Part shown: positions 10,577 through 24,476 of the stretch, in pieces
How the letters are laid out: the number at the start of each line of letters is the position of its first letter
Numbering within the stretch: the stretch's first letter is position 1
DNA from: Carpediemonas membranifera BICM
Taxonomy: Eukaryota; Protista; Fornicata
Reading direction: 5' to 3'
NCBI GenBank assembly: GCA_019828565.1
Contig: JAHDYR010000008.1
Span: 62,001-126,000, forward strand
DNA: 64,000 nucleotides
Notes under the pieces: generated by a model
What the model was told of the DNA's origin: nothing
The model's input: the letters and a program-made list of their open reading frames with translations, nothing else
The model's database searches: none
Translations under genes and position numbers: made by a program

Positions 10577-13500
10577 ATGAGTATGCTCCTTAGCCCAACA
10601 CGAAAGGCTTCGGCGCAGCCTCCGCTACAATCGCCCGCGACTCCTGCAGCCGCTCGAACGCCCCTTGCCACGAGGAACAACAGCAGTTTCCGCGACGACG
10701 CAAAACCCGAGATCGGGTTCACATACTTGAAGCCGAAGCAGCAATCAGCTAGTCAACAACGTGGAGTTCCCAACTTCTACGATCTGGACGAGTGCGACTT
10801 TACTGAATGCGGCTCCAACTACTTCACCCTCTCGAGCGACGGCGTCACCCACATGGTTAACGGCTTATCGGAGTTCACGCCTCTCGACGTATGGCAGCGC
10901 GAGAAGCTCATTTTCTCCCGTATTATCGAGATCCCCTTCTTCTACCACTTCCAGGTCTGGAAAGCCTTCGTTACATGGCGCCGCACAATCCGCCAGGCCA
11001 AGATCGCCAAGGCACGCACCAAACTGTCCAAGAGCCTCTTCGCACTCGACCCACACATCCGTGTCGCGCTCTTTGAGGTCCGGCAGCACTGTCAGGACCT
11101 TGCCGCCATCCAGCCCATGAACATCCCAGACCAGCCTCTCGTGCTGGACGATTTCGAGCACCAGCAAACCATGGCGTGTGCCGCAGCCGGTAAGGAGATC
11201 GACAAGATCGTTACCGACATTGCCAACCTCGTCCTCGACGCTTGCGAGCGGGCCATGACTGCGGCCGGCTTCGGCCTTCCCGACGTGGACTCTCCCAAGA
11301 AGAACAGCGACGAGGTACACGAGACGTACACTGAGCAAGCTCTCAAGCGTTCCGAGTGCCGCCGCCTGACGAACTTCATCCGCCTCACGGATTACCTCGT
11401 CGTCGACGCCTTATACCTCATGACACTCTCCATCGAACGCGCCATACTCGCCCGTGTCCGCGAGCTCTCGACCAAGATGGCCCCCGACGCTGTTGAGTTT
11501 ACCGACGAGGGCCTCGAGATCGTCGGACCTGCCCCCATTGGCAAGGACATCGCCGCGCCCCTGTTCTCCACGGACGCCGAGCTGGTTGACTCAGAGCTTC
11601 GTATCAACCCCCTCGGCTCCCAGTTCACCCATCTCGTGGACTCGTCTCTTGATGAGATCGTCACGCTCGCAGACAACGTCCAGCGTCTCGTCACGCACGA
11701 GGCGTTCGACCAGTACACCCTCACCGGTGCGGGCGACGGGTCTGAGCTGCCCGAGCCTCCCTCTGTGCAGGTTATGTTCACTGTCAACCCCGAGTTCACC
11801 GACCTCGCCGCAGAGCTTCGTTCGACCGTGGAAAAGACCTCAAAGGAAGCTGTCGGCTTCCTCGGCAAGCTGGACAAGGTTGTCGAGACCTACCACCGCG
11901 GCATGTCCACGGATATCGCCGAAACTCTCCGCAACACCCAGCCCGACGTCGAGGCGTACCAGCGCCTTCTCACCCAGGCCGACCGGGACGTCGCCCTTGT
12001 CAACTCGATCCCCGACGCCATCGACTGCGGCTGTATCCGCGTCTCCATGAAGTCTCTCGTCGAGACTCTACGCCCCATCCCAGTTCAGGCCCAGAAGGCC
12101 CTCCACGACGCCATTCCGGGCTTCATCCATAACCTCGCAGCCGGCCTACTCAGCGACCTTGGTGTGGCCGATTCCTCCCTCTCAAAGCAGCCCGCAGACG
12201 TGCCCTCCTTCGTCTCCTACCTCGATACGCTCGACGAGGCCCTCAACCACATCGACTCCTGGGACGAGCAGTTCATTCAGGTTCGGAATCTGTACCAGTT
12301 GCTCGATGAGAGCAGCATTCCTGTGCCCGCTGAGGATCTGGCCGAGTTCCAGAGCCTTTCTGAGACCATCCAGCAGCTTAAGGCAAGCATGGAGTTCTCC
12401 GAACAGGGCAGAGACGCCAGCATCGCCAAGTACTCCGCCGAGCTCGAGCAGCTGGTGGAGGTACTCCGCGGAGACATTAATACCCTCCGCACGGATGCCC
12501 AGGACTCTAAGTTCGACTCGCCCGACTCCATTGACAACTCTAGCCTCATGGTCGCTGCGACTACAGAGCTCAAGACCCGTCTCAAGAAGCTGCAGGGCAC
12601 GGCCAAGGAATACGAGCAGCACCACGACCGCTTCAACATGTCCGAGCCCAAGTTCGAGGACCTCGAGGATGTAGCACAGCTAGTCAACCTCAGACACCAA
12701 CTGTGGGACACACTCGCGTCATGGGACACCCAGGCAGACGGCTGGCTCGCCACCGCGTTTGCCGACCTTGAAACCGAGGACATCCAAGCCCGCGTCCAGC
12801 GGGCGTCCAAGACGGTGTTCATGCTCGACAAGGGGCTGCCCGGCTGCCCTGTGGTGCCCATCGTCAGAGAGAAGGTGGACAAGTTCAAGCGGTCGCTACC
12901 CATCGCCGTAGACCTCCGTAACCCCTCCATGACCGAACGCCACTGGGCGAAGGTCGAAGAGGCCCTGGGCGCCGCCGTGCCCGAGGGCGATGAGTTCACC
13001 TTCGGCTGGCTCCTCGAAAACGGAGCCCTCGCCCATGTTGAGGATCTCAACACGATCTCCGTCGAAGCTTCCAACGAGGCGACTCTCCTCGGCATGATCC
13101 AGAAGATCGCGGACAACTGGGTTTCTGCCGAGCTCACTCTCGTCAACCACCGCGATCAGAGCTCTGTCTTTATCCTCACATCCTTGGACGACGTCATGGC
13201 CCAGCTCGAGGATAATCTCGTCACGGTCTCGACCATCAGATCCTCTCGATTCGCATACGCCGTGGCTGAGCAGATCGAAGAGTGGGATACGAAGCTCAAC
13301 GTGTTCAGCGACACACTGGATGAGTGGATTGTATTCCAGAAGAACTGGCTGTACCTCGAGGTCATCTTTGGTGCGGCCGACATCCAGCGGCAGCTCCCCA
13401 CTGAGGCCAAGCTCTTCGACAACGCCGACCGGTTCTGGAAGAAGACGATGCTCACGACTCGCGACTTCCCCAATGCTCTAGCCGCAGCCACTACGGCCGG

Positions 13501-16500
13501 CCTGTGTGATGAGTTCAAGGAGCACAACGCCACTCTCGAGAAGATCCAGAAGTCTCTCGAGGAATACCTTGAGACCAAGTGCATGGCGTTCCCCAGGTTC
13601 TACTTCCTGTCCAATGACGAGCTGCTCGAGATCCTGGCACAGACGAGGGACCCCACTGCCGTCCAACCCCACCTAAGAAAGTGCTTCGACAACCTCTACC
13701 ACCTCACATTCGACATGAACGGTGTGGACATCATTGCCATGACGTCTGGAGAAGGTGAGAAGATCTCACTGTCCATGCCCGGTAAGCCCGCTCTCAAGGC
13801 CCGAGGCCCTGTCGAGTCTTGGCTCGGCGGTGTTGAGAAGACAATGAGAGAGGCCCTCCACCGCGAGATGAAGCAGTGCGTGGAGGACTACACCAGTCAA
13901 GACCACGATCACTGGGTCAAGACACATCCCGCCCAGCTCATACTCGCAGTGGAGCAGGTGTACTGGTGCCGTCAGATCACTGCGGCACTGCAGTCCCCTC
14001 AGCCCGCCGCCGGCCTCGCTGCTTACAAGAAGAAGTGGGCGGAGCACCTCGGCGGTCTGGTCGAAATGGTCCGGTCCCAGCTGACCAAGCTCGAGCGGGC
14101 AGCTCTCACAGCTCTGATCACCATCGACGTGCACTCGAGAGATACCCTCGATGAGCTCGTCAACGACGGCACTTCTGCCGTCACTGATTTCGACTGGGCT
14201 AAGCGTCTCAGGTACTACTGGGAGCCCGCTGTCGACGACTGTGTCATCCGTCAGATCAGCGCCGAGTTCCGCTACAGCTACGAGTACCTAGGCTGCACTC
14301 CACGCCTCGTCATCACGCCCCTCACCGATCGCTGCTACATCACACTCACCTCCGCCCTGCAACTCAGACTGGGTGGCGCCCCCGCCGGCCCCGCTGGCAC
14401 AGGTAAGACAGAGACGACCAAGGACCTCGCCAAGGCCATGGCGATGCAGTGCGTCGTGTTCAACTGCTCCGATGGCCTCGATTATAAGATGATGGGCCGC
14501 TTCTTCAAGGGCCTCGCCCAATGCGGCGCCTGGTGCTGTGTTTGTTCCCATTTACCCTAATCTTTTGATTACACAGTTCGACGAGTTCAACCGTATCGAT
14601 ATTGAAGTGCTGTCCGTTATCGCGTCCCAGATTCTCTCAATTAAGAACGCCATGATGGAAGATCGCGATAGATTCATCTTTGAGGGCTCTGAGATTAAGC
14701 TCGATCAGAAGTGCGGCTTCTTTATCACCATGAACCCGGGGTACGCCGGCCGTACTGAACTCCCCGACAACCTCAAGGCCCTCTTCCGAGGCGTGACGAT
14801 GATGGTCCCCGACTACGCCCTCATCGCTGAGATCATGCTGTTCGCGGAGGGTTTCCTCACTGCCAAGACGCTCTCCCGAAAGATGACGCAGCTCTACAAG
14901 CTCTCCTCGGAGCAGCTGTCGCAGCAAGGTACGTTCCTTCCCCTCTCCTCTTACCACAGATCATTACGACTTCGGCATGCGAGCGGTGAAGTCCGTTCTT
15001 GTCATGGCGGGCGGTCTCAAGCGAGGCAACCCCTCTCTCGGCGAGGACATCGTGCTTATCCGGGCCATGCGAGACTCCAACGTGCCCAAGTTCCTCGCTG
15101 AGGACGTCCCTCTGTTCATGGGCATCGTACAGGATCTCTTCCCCGGTGTCAAGATCCCCTCGACAAACTACGGCACGCTGCAGGACGCCATCGAGGCCAA
15201 GCTCCTAGAGCAGAAGCTTCAGGTGACGTCCAAGATTGTCAACAAGGTCCTGCAGCTCTACGAAACCATGAACGTCCGCCACAACCCCAAGTCGATCACG
15301 ATGTCCGAGCTCTACGGCTCATTCGACGAGATCTCGCACGAGTGGAAGGATGGGCTAGTTGCATCCATGGCGCGTGAGATCATGCGTGACACCACTACTG
15401 ACGACAAGTGGATAGTGTTTGATGGTCCAGTCGACGCCCTGTGGATTGAGAACATGAACACCGTGCTCGACGACAACAAGATGCTCTGCCTGGCCAACAG
15501 CGAGCGTATTAAGCTCAACGACACCGTCCACATGGTGTTCGAAGTCCAGGACCTGGCCGTCGCCTCCCCCGCTACTGTCTCTCGTTGCGGGATGGTCTAC
15601 GTCGACCCCTCCGATCTGGGCTGGCACCCCTATGTCAAGTCTTACGTCGAACACCACGCCCCTGAGTGCTTCACCCTCGAAGACAGGAACCACCTCATGG
15701 AGCTGTTCGACACGACGGTACCTGAAGCACTCAAGTGGTGCGACAAGCACAAGGCCATTGTCCCCGCGATCAACACCACCCTTGTCACCAGCATGTGCCA
15801 CCTCATCACTGCTCTGTTCGAGGCCAAGACGACGGGAGGGCTGCTCACTCACGACGAGACACCCAAGTCAGAGGGTCCAGACCAGCTTAAGGAACCCCTG
15901 CTGAACTTCAAGGAGCTTGAGGGTAAGGCCCGGGGAGCCTGGCTCACCATGTTCTTCGAGTTCGCCTATATCTGGGGTATTGGCGGTGCATTCGTCGCCA
16001 CTGCCCAGGAAGAGTTCGACCACCACGCCCGCGAGGCTCTGTCCCACCTGACGCCCTCGATCCCGCCCATGGGCTCCGTGTTCGACTACGTCATCTCGAA
16101 CACCCACAACAACTTCGTCCCCTGGACGGTGTCAGAGTTCAAATACGACCCGGCAGTCCCATACTTCCAGATGCTCGTCCCCACTGTAGATTCAGTCAGA
16201 TTCGGGTATATCACAGAGATTATGTCTCGTATCAAGCAGCACGTGCTTCATACGGGGTCCTCCGGCACGGGCAAGAGCTCCATTGTCAACAGCATCCTGT
16301 CACAGCTCAACGAGGTCGGCCAGGTCGTCATGATCCCCGTCGGGTTCAGTGCACGCACAGACGCAGCCCGCACCCAGCAGATGATCGAAGCGCGTCTCGA
16401 GAAGCGCCGCAAGAAGATCCTCGGCCCTCCCGCCGGCAAGCGTGGTCTGGTCTTCGTGGACGACCTCAACATGCCTGCCCTGGAGGAGTACGGCGCCCAG

Positions 16501-19500
16501 CCGCCCGTCGAGATCCTGCGTCAGTTCCTCTGCTACAACGGCTGGTACGACCGCGACCAGCTCTTCTTCAAGGAGCTCGCGGACGTCTCCCTCGTCGCGG
16601 CATGCGCTCCTCCAGGCGGTGGCCGGAACAACATCACCCCTCGCATGGTCCGGCACTTTTTGATGACTTCGATCCCCGAACAGTCGGAGGACGGGCTCAA
16701 GCGCATCTTCAGCTCCATTCTCGGCGGTTTCCTCGGCCAGTTCGGACCCGACCGGGCAGCACACACTGACTCGGCCATCAAGGCGTCTATCGCTGTCTAC
16801 CGTTCCTGTCTCGAAACTCTCCGTCCCACGCCCTCCAAGGTGCACTATACTTTCAACCTCAGGGACCTGTCGAAGATTATCCAGGGCATGACGTCTGTCC
16901 GCAAGGGCGTTATTCCCGATAAGGAGTCCATCGCAAGGCTCTGGGTGCACGAGTCCATGCGCGTCTTCCACGATCGTCTGATCAATGAAGATGACCGCCA
17001 CTGGCTCACTACCGAGCTGAACTCTATCGTCGGCAAGTGCTTCGACTTCTCCTGGGATCACGAGGAGGTCTTCGTCGAGCACCCCATCATGTTCGGCTCC
17101 TTTATGAAGATGGGTGCGCCCGCCGAGGAGCGCTTCTACGAGCAGATTACCGACATGAACCGCTGCGGCAAAGTGCTGACTGACTACCTCGACGAACTCA
17201 ATATGAGCGGTAAGAATGAGATGCGTCTGGTCTTCTTCAAAGACGCCATGGAGCACGTGGCCCGTATCTCTCGCATCATCCGTCAGCCCCGCGGTAACGC
17301 CCTTCTTGTGGGCGTGGGCGGGTCCGGCAAGCAGTCGCTGACTCGTCTGGCAGCTTTCATGGCCGAGTACGAGTGTTTCCAGATCGAACTCTCTCGCCAC
17401 TACGGCAACAACGAGTTCCGGGAGGACCTGAAGAAGTGCTACAACATCGCTGGTGTCGACGGCAAGCCCATGGTCTTCCTTCTATCTGACACGCAGATCA
17501 TTGACGAGTCCTTCCTCGAGGACGTCAACAACATTCTCAACAGCGGCGAGGTGCCCAACCTCTTCGAGAACGACGAAATGGACCAGATCATCAACACCCT
17601 GCGCCCCGTTGCAAAGAAGGCCGGCCTCCTCGAGAGTAGAGAATCTGTCAAGTCTTTCTTTATCCAGAGAGTCCGCGACAACTTCCATATCGTCCTCGCC
17701 ATGTCGCCGGTCGGATCCGATTTCAGGACCCGTATGCGGATGTTCCCATCTCTTATCAACGTCTGCACTATCGACTGGTTTACACGCTGGCCAGAGCAGG
17801 CGCTGCTTTCCGTTGCCGAGTTCTTCTTTGCCGAGGAAGACATGGATGACGATGTCAAGAAGGCTATCAGCGAACTATGCGTCCAGCTCCATCTCACGGT
17901 CGAGGCCGAGGCCGAGGAGTTCTACAGAACGGACCAGCGTCGGTACTACACCACCCCGACGTCTTATCTCGAGCTCATCGCCCTTTACCGCACCATGCTC
18001 CACAAGAAGACGGATGAGCAGCAGTCTAACCTCAACAAGCTCGTCGTGGGCCTCCAGAAGCTCCAGGAGACTGATGAGCAGGTCGCCCTGCTCAAGGAGG
18101 AGCTCGTTGCCCTCGAGCCGCAGCTTAAGGTCAGCGCTGAAGAAACGGACAAGCTCCTGGTGACTCTTTCAGCCGAGACCAAGGCTGCTGAGGATCTGAG
18201 GAAGGTAGCCATGGCCGAGGAGAAGGTCGTCCAGAAGCAGGCCGCCGAGTGCAAGGGCATCGCCGACAGCGCCAAGAAGGACCTCGATGAGGCAATCCCC
18301 GCGCTCAAGGCCGCCGTTAAGTCACTCAACGCCCTGAACAAGAACGACATCTCCGAGATCAAGTCTTTCAAGACCCCGCCCGAGCTCGTGAAGGTCGTGA
18401 TGGAGGCAATATGCGTGCTCCTGAAGAAGAAGCCCGACTGGCAGAACTCCAAGGAGCTCCTGAGTGACTCCAGTTTCCTGAACAAGCTCTACGAGTACGA
18501 CAAGGACAACATCCCCGAGTCGATCCTGAAGAAGCTCGCCAAGTACATCGACAACCCCAACTTCGTCCCCGAGAAGGTCGAGAAGGTTTCCGTGGCCGCC
18601 AAGTCCCTCTGTATGTGGGCGCATGCGATGCACAAGTACGCCATTATCTTCCGGGAGGTCGAGCCCAAGCGTAAGGCCCTGGAGGCGGCCCAGGCTGAGC
18701 TTGACACTGCTCAGGCCCAGCTAGACGAGAAGCAGGCCAAGCTGAGGGAGGTTGAGGCCAAGCTCGCGGACCTGCAGGCTAACTTCGACCAGAAGCAGCA
18801 ACAGAAGCAGGAGCTCGAGCAGAAGATTGCCCTCACCGCTGCCCGGTTCGAGCGAGCCACACAGCTCACGGCCGCCCTCGGCTCCGAGAAGGAGCGTTGG
18901 TCTGTGACGGCCGCCAAGATCCGGGAGAACATCAAGAACATCGCTGGTGACATACTGATTGCCTCTGGTGCCGTCGCATACCTCGGCGCCTTCACTGCCC
19001 CCTATCGCCAGAAGCTGATGACCCGCTGGATGGAGCTGTGCAACGCTAAGGGCGTCCCCACCTCTGAGGACGTCTCCCTCGTCAACACGCTCTCATCTGC
19101 CGTCGAGGTCCGTGGTTGGGCAATGCACCAGCTCCCGGCAGACGCCCTGTCCATAGAGAACGCCATCATGTGTACCAGAGGGCAGCGGTGGCCCCTGATG
19201 ATCGACCCACAGGGCCAGGCGGTCCGTTGGATCAGAGCCATGGAGAAGTCTGCGGGTCTCAAGATTGTCCGACCGACTGACCCTAACATGCTCAGAACCA
19301 TGGAGCACGCGATACGGCTTGGGTCCCCTGTTCTACTGGAGAATGTAGAGGAAGAACTCGACCCAGCGCTCAACCCCATCCTGCAGCGCCAGGTGTTTAA
19401 GAAACAAGGCCAACTTATGATCAGGCTTGGTGAGACAGACGTTGACTACGACCCGAACTTCAAGCTCTACATCACGTCTAAGCTACCCAACCCCAACCTC

Positions 19501-22461
19501 TCTCCCGAGACCCAGGTGATGGTGACCCTCATCAACTTTACCGTGACCCAGTCGGGCCTCGAAGATCAGCTCCTCGGCCATGTTGTGAGGCACGAACGCC
19601 CAGATCTCGAGCAGCAGCGCGACTCCATTATTGTCTCGGTAGCCCAGGACAAGAAGCAAGTCGCCGAGCTCGAGGACAAGATTCTCGAACTCCTCTCCAA
19701 GTCCGAGGGCAACATCCTCGACGACGAGGTCCTCATCAACACCCTCAATGAGTCCAAGACAACGTCCGCGGCCATCCAGATCCGCCTGGAGGAGGCCGAG
19801 AAGACCGAGGCAGAAGTCAACGAGGCCCGTGAGGGCTACCGTTCCATCGCCCTCCGCGGCTCCCAGCTCTACTTCACCCTGGCCTCCATGGCCAACGTCG
19901 ATCGGATGTATCAGTTCAGTCTGGCCTACTTCCTGCAGCTCTTCGGCATCGTGCTGCAGCAGACGCCGCCATCTGACTCGATTAGTGTCCGTCTGAACGC
20001 CCTCATCGAGAACGCCACGAGCTCAGTCTACAACAACGTCTGCCGCGGCCTGTTTGAGCGCCACAAGCTCGTCTTCTCATTCCTCATGTCGACCCGCATC
20101 CTTCTCGGGTCGGGGGACATCACCGAGGACGAGTGGACCCAGTTTATCCGTGGACCGATGGCTGTCCCCCAGGACGCCCTCGACAAGCTCGTAGCTGACG
20201 TCCAGCGGCCCGAGCAGCTCTCAGAGCTGACATGGACTCGACTGGCCGCCATGCAGATCGGGCTGGCAGACTCTGGATTCGGGGACGTCCTCGCCAACGT
20301 CAAGACGAACCTCGGCGCCTGGCTCGAATGGTCGGCTGACGCTAACCTGCACATCAAGCCCCTACCGACTGCCTTCGACAACCCCGACGACGCTGGCACT
20401 GAAGAGGCACCTCGGACACCTGTGACAACCTTCCAGCGCCTCTTACTGCTCCGCGCCTTCCGCGAGGAGAAGCTTGTCTTCGGGATCTCACACCACGTTG
20501 AGCGCCACCTCGGCCGCCGTTTCATCGAATCGCCGCCTATGTCCCTTCCCGAGATCTTCAAGGACTCTGCCTGCAACGTCCCGCTCGTATTTGTCCTCTC
20601 CACCGGTGCTGACCCAATGGCAAGCCTCCAGACCTTCGCCGCCGACTGTGGCATGGCTGATAAGCTGAGCATGGTGTCTCTAGGCCAAGGCCAGGGCCCT
20701 ATTGCCGAGAAGGAGATCACACGCGCCCGTAAGGACGGTTCTTGGGTCTTCCTCGCAAAGTTTGTTTTTTGTAATTCGTAATTATTACACAGCTGTCACC
20801 TCGCCGCTTCCTGGATGATAGACCTTGAACGCATCGTAGAGTCCTTCAACGACGTCGAGACCCGACCCGTCGACGGCTTCCGTCTCTGGCTCTCATCGAT
20901 GCCCACTGACAAGTTCCCCGTCGTAGTCCTCCAGAACGCCATCAAGATGACCAACGAGCCTCCCAAGGGTCTGAGGGCAAACGTCCTCCGCAACTATCAG
21001 AACATGCGGCCTCAGTATATCACGGGCCTGGCTTCTCACACCAACGATCATGCCTGGCGCAAGCTCCTCTTCGGTCTCGGGTTCTTCCATGCCCTCGTGC
21101 AGGAACGCCGCAAGTTCGGTGCCGTCGGCTGGAACATCCAGTACGAGTTCTCGAACTCCGACTATGAGGTAAGTTGTAAGATGCTCAACATGCTGCTGTC
21201 CGAGCAGGATCACATATCATGGGACGCTATCAGGTATCTCATTGCTGAGATCAACTACGGTGGCCGTGTTACCGATGATTGGGATCGGAGAATGATGGCT
21301 GCAACGCTCAACAGCCTCTTCAAGCCAGACATTCTCGATGAGAAGTTCGCCCTGGCCGACGGCGGTGTCTACTACGTCCCAGATGACGGAAACCTGTCTG
21401 ACTATATCGCGTACATCGAGAACCTCCCCCTATCAGAACCCCCGGCTGTATTCGGCATGCACGACAACGCTGACATTGCCTTCCAGCAGCGTGAGACTAA
21501 CCTCGCGCTAGACTCAGTTGTCAGCGCCATCGGCCGTGGCGGTGGCTCCTCTGGCAGCGCTACCTCTGCTGACGAGACAACCATGGAGCTCATCAAGTCG
21601 ATCATCGAGACCCTGCCCGACCTACTCAACCCCGACGACGCCGGTCCCACTACCTTCGTCCCCGGGCCCGGAGACGGCTCCCTAATGCACTCTCTCTCCA
21701 CAGTGCTGTCCCAGGAGATTATCCGTTTCAACAAGGTCCTGACAGTCGTGCGGGCGACCAGCGAGGAGCTCGTCAAGGCCATACAGGGCCTCATCGTCAT
21801 GTCCGAGGACCTCGACGCCATGTCTCAGGCCGTCTTCGCGAACCAGGTGCCGAAGCTCTGGTCAGCAGTGGCCTACCCCTCCCTCAAACCGCTATCGTCC
21901 TGGGTGCAAGACCTCAAGGACCGCATCGCCTTCATGCACGACTGGCTTGTGTCCGGCCGCCCCCGGTCGTACTGGTTGCCAGGCTTCTTCTTCCCACAGG
22001 GTTTCCTCACTGGTGTACTTCAGACATTCTCCCGTGACCACCAGGTTGCCATTGACTCGGTCGTCTTCAGGTTCACAGTCTTCAACTCGGTCGACCCGGC
22101 TGAGATTGACTCTGCCCGAGTCGATCCTGACGGTTACATGATACATGGGCTTTACATGGACTCGGCCGCCTGGGACTTCGGGAAGGGCATCATGGCCACC
22201 CCGCCGTTCCGCCAGCTCTACTGCCCGCTCCCAGTGATCCAGCTGCTGCCGACGACTGATGAAGTGGCTGCCAACACCTCTGACGTCCCCGGCACCAACC
22301 TGTATGCCGCTCCATTGTACAAGACGGCCGACCGTTATGGTGTTCTTTCCACCACTGGCCGCTCTACAAACTTCATCCTGCCCATCATGCTCCCCTGCGC
22401 CGAGGACCCGGACTACTGGGTTCTTCAGGGAACGGCGTTGCTGTGCGCCCTGTCTAATTAA
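10577..22461 (+). CDS. Axonemal inner-arm-type dynein heavy chain, 4 exons (introns 14540-14576, 14929-14959, 20760-20792)
   Basis: AAA1 [14 protein letters not shown]; spliced junctions restore GAWCC|FDEFNR, LSQQ|[11 protein letters not shown] and WVFLAN|CHL; AAA3 GSSGTGKS; AAA4 [10 protein letters not shown]; stalk/MTBD; C-terminal [12 protein letters not shown]. Confidence 0.97.
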
Positions 22462-22696
22462 TGGTGATATATATTTGTGTAAATTGACTCTCGTAACGAT
22501 CTGGCATGAGATTTATGTGGGCTTCTCGACTCTAGTTCGGTCGTCGGTTGTTCGGGTATTTTCATATGGTGGTCTAATCGATTTACACGTATACATACCT
22601 CTCAATGTACCGGTCCGCACCGGTCCAAGTCTGTCAAACGCCGGCCAGCCTACAGGCCGGAGGCGGTGGTGGTCTAATCTGGCAAATCGTGGTGGG

Positions 22697-24187
22697 ATGC
22701 CCGAACCCACGGAATGGTGCCTGGTAGAGACAATTTCTGATTGCAAAAAGGACGTGAAGCATGAGATATTCACTCCCAAACGGGCAACGTTTCAGGAGAC
22801 GCCACAGCCCTCTCCTGTGTGGTACTTAGAGTACAACACGCTCGATAGTCGCTACAAGAACTATTTCTTGTGCATTTCTGGTCCTACGCTCTCTGTATAC
22901 CGTGATTCTCAGACGCAGGAGAAGTCTGGAGGCTCCATTAGCCGCCTTACGACATGTCCGCTTCGCCTGTCGTTCACTTGCAACGCCGACAGTAATGGCA
23001 CGCCCGCAGACATGTCCTGTGCCTGCTGGACCTTCATGAACACCAAGGAGCGTCATCCAATGGTATGTGTCGGTGGGAAGGACGGCACCATCACGTCCAT
23101 CGACATTGAAACCCAGACGGTCAGATTCATGCGCGGGCACGGTGGCGACGTCCATTCAATCAGCGCACATCCCAAGTACCCTGGTATCATTGTCTCGGGC
23201 AGCCAAGACCATAGCGTTCGGTTGTGGAATTGCATCACGGGAACATGCCTGGCGAGATACCACGGGATATTCGGCAATTCACAACAGGTACATGATGTCG
23301 CATGGATGGACTACGGCGACGCTTTCATTTCATGCGACTATGACCGGAAGATCAAACTGTGGAAGCTCTCGGAGCGCGTTCTCGATAACATCTTCAACTC
23401 ATACTACTACACGGAGAGACAGAGGGTCCGCAAGGACATGCCCGGTGTGTCTATCCCAGAAGGCCTGCCAGGCCGAATGAAGATATACAACGAGTACTTT
23501 GTCGCCGCGTCTGATGCCTTGACGAACAACTCGGCGGACTCGCTCGCTGTAGCAAGCAACGACACTATCGTCCTGCGTGCTCTCACGTACGACAAGTCCC
23601 GGTGCTCGGCGACGTCCTCGGCCATTTCTGCGTCGTTGTGCATCTGTGCAGTTTTGCCGAGCTCGACAGACATTGGAAAGAACATTTTCAGAATACTGCA
23701 CAAGTATCCGATACCAACCCGAGATGCGTCGCTGGACGACCAGGTATACAAGGAGCGCCGCCTGAACCCCGATCTTGCTCTCAGTTTCTGCCGTATCGCC
23801 CTCTCCCGGACACACAAGCTCTTAGCTGCCGGCAACGAGCACGGCGACACGTTCATATGGCCACTTGACCCTACCACACCCGTCCAGCACCTCCGCTACC
23901 TTCCCCCCAGCAGCAGGATCAGCGAGAGTTGGTACCCTCCTGCTACGACCCGACCTGGCGACGACCTGCGAGAGGACCCAGACCCCGCCCCCGTGACGAT
24001 CAGGCTAATGGGCCAGGTACCCATCGCTGAGGCTGACCGGCCCATTCTTCTACCCCCGCCCGAAGTGGGCGTGGGGGCAGTGCGGTCGTTGTCGTTCCAT
24101 CCCTCGAGACTGCGGCTTGTGGTTGGTTACGACTGTGGGAAGATCGCGAAGTTCGAGTTTAATACGACGGCCGGACATGCCAATTAG
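22697..24187 (+). CDS. EED/ESC/FIE-like WD40 protein (PRC2 subunit-like)
   Basis: CACWTF..HPMVCVGGKDGTI..GHGGDVHSISAHPKYPGIIVSGSQDHSVRLWNCITGTCLARYHGIFG..ISCDYDRKIKLW parallels EED (TCAWTY..HPLLAVAG..GHGNAINELKFHP..SKDHALRLWN..FGGVEGH..SCGMDHSLKLW). Start placed at first plausible ATG. Confidence 0.7.
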   Translation: MPEPTEWCLVETISDCKKDVKHEIFTPKRATFQETPQPSPVWYLEYNTLDSRYKNYFLCISGPTLSVYRDSQTQEKSGGSISRLTTCPLRLSFTCNADSNGTPADMSCACWTFMNTKERHPMVCVGGKDGTITSIDIETQTVRFMRGHGGDVHSISAHPKYPGIIVSGSQDHSVRLWNCITGTCLARYHGIFGNSQQVHDVAWMDYGDAFISCDYDRKIKLWKLSERVLDNIFNSYYYTERQRVRKDMPGVSIPEGLPGRMKIYNEYFVAASDALTNNSADSLAVASNDTIVLRALTYDKSRCSATSSAISASLCICAVLPSSTDIGKNIFRILHKYPIPTRDASLDDQVYKERRLNPDLALSFCRIALSRTHKLLAAGNEHGDTFIWPLDPTTPVQHLRYLPPSSRISESWYPPATTRPGDDLREDPDPAPVTIRLMGQVPIAEADRPILLPPPEVGVGAVRSLSFHPSRLRLVVGYDCGKIAKFEFNTTAGHAN

Positions 24188-24476
24188 GCGATGTATTAAA
24201 AGATCAAGCAGGGTTGACCTGTGATGAGAGCCGCACCCAGCAACATAGTCAATGGCGCACAAAAAACAACCCAGGATTAAGCTTCGAGTGGCCCATATGC
24301 GACGCCTTTAGCGGACCCGAGCTTGCTTGTGGTCCCTTCGGGCTGGTGTGTCGTAAAAATTAATAGTGGGTTTTAAAACTACCATTGCCAGAGAAAATTT
24401 ATGAATTTGAGATGTTGACGTCCACATGTTGAGTTGAGTGATGCGTTGCTTCATTGATGGTGGTCTGGTGGGCATC

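Noticed and set aside
22259-22696. N-terminal extension of the EED-like ORF overlapping dynein
   Set aside because: It overlaps the dynein 3' end and AT-rich intergenic DNA; the ATG at 22697 is more plausible.
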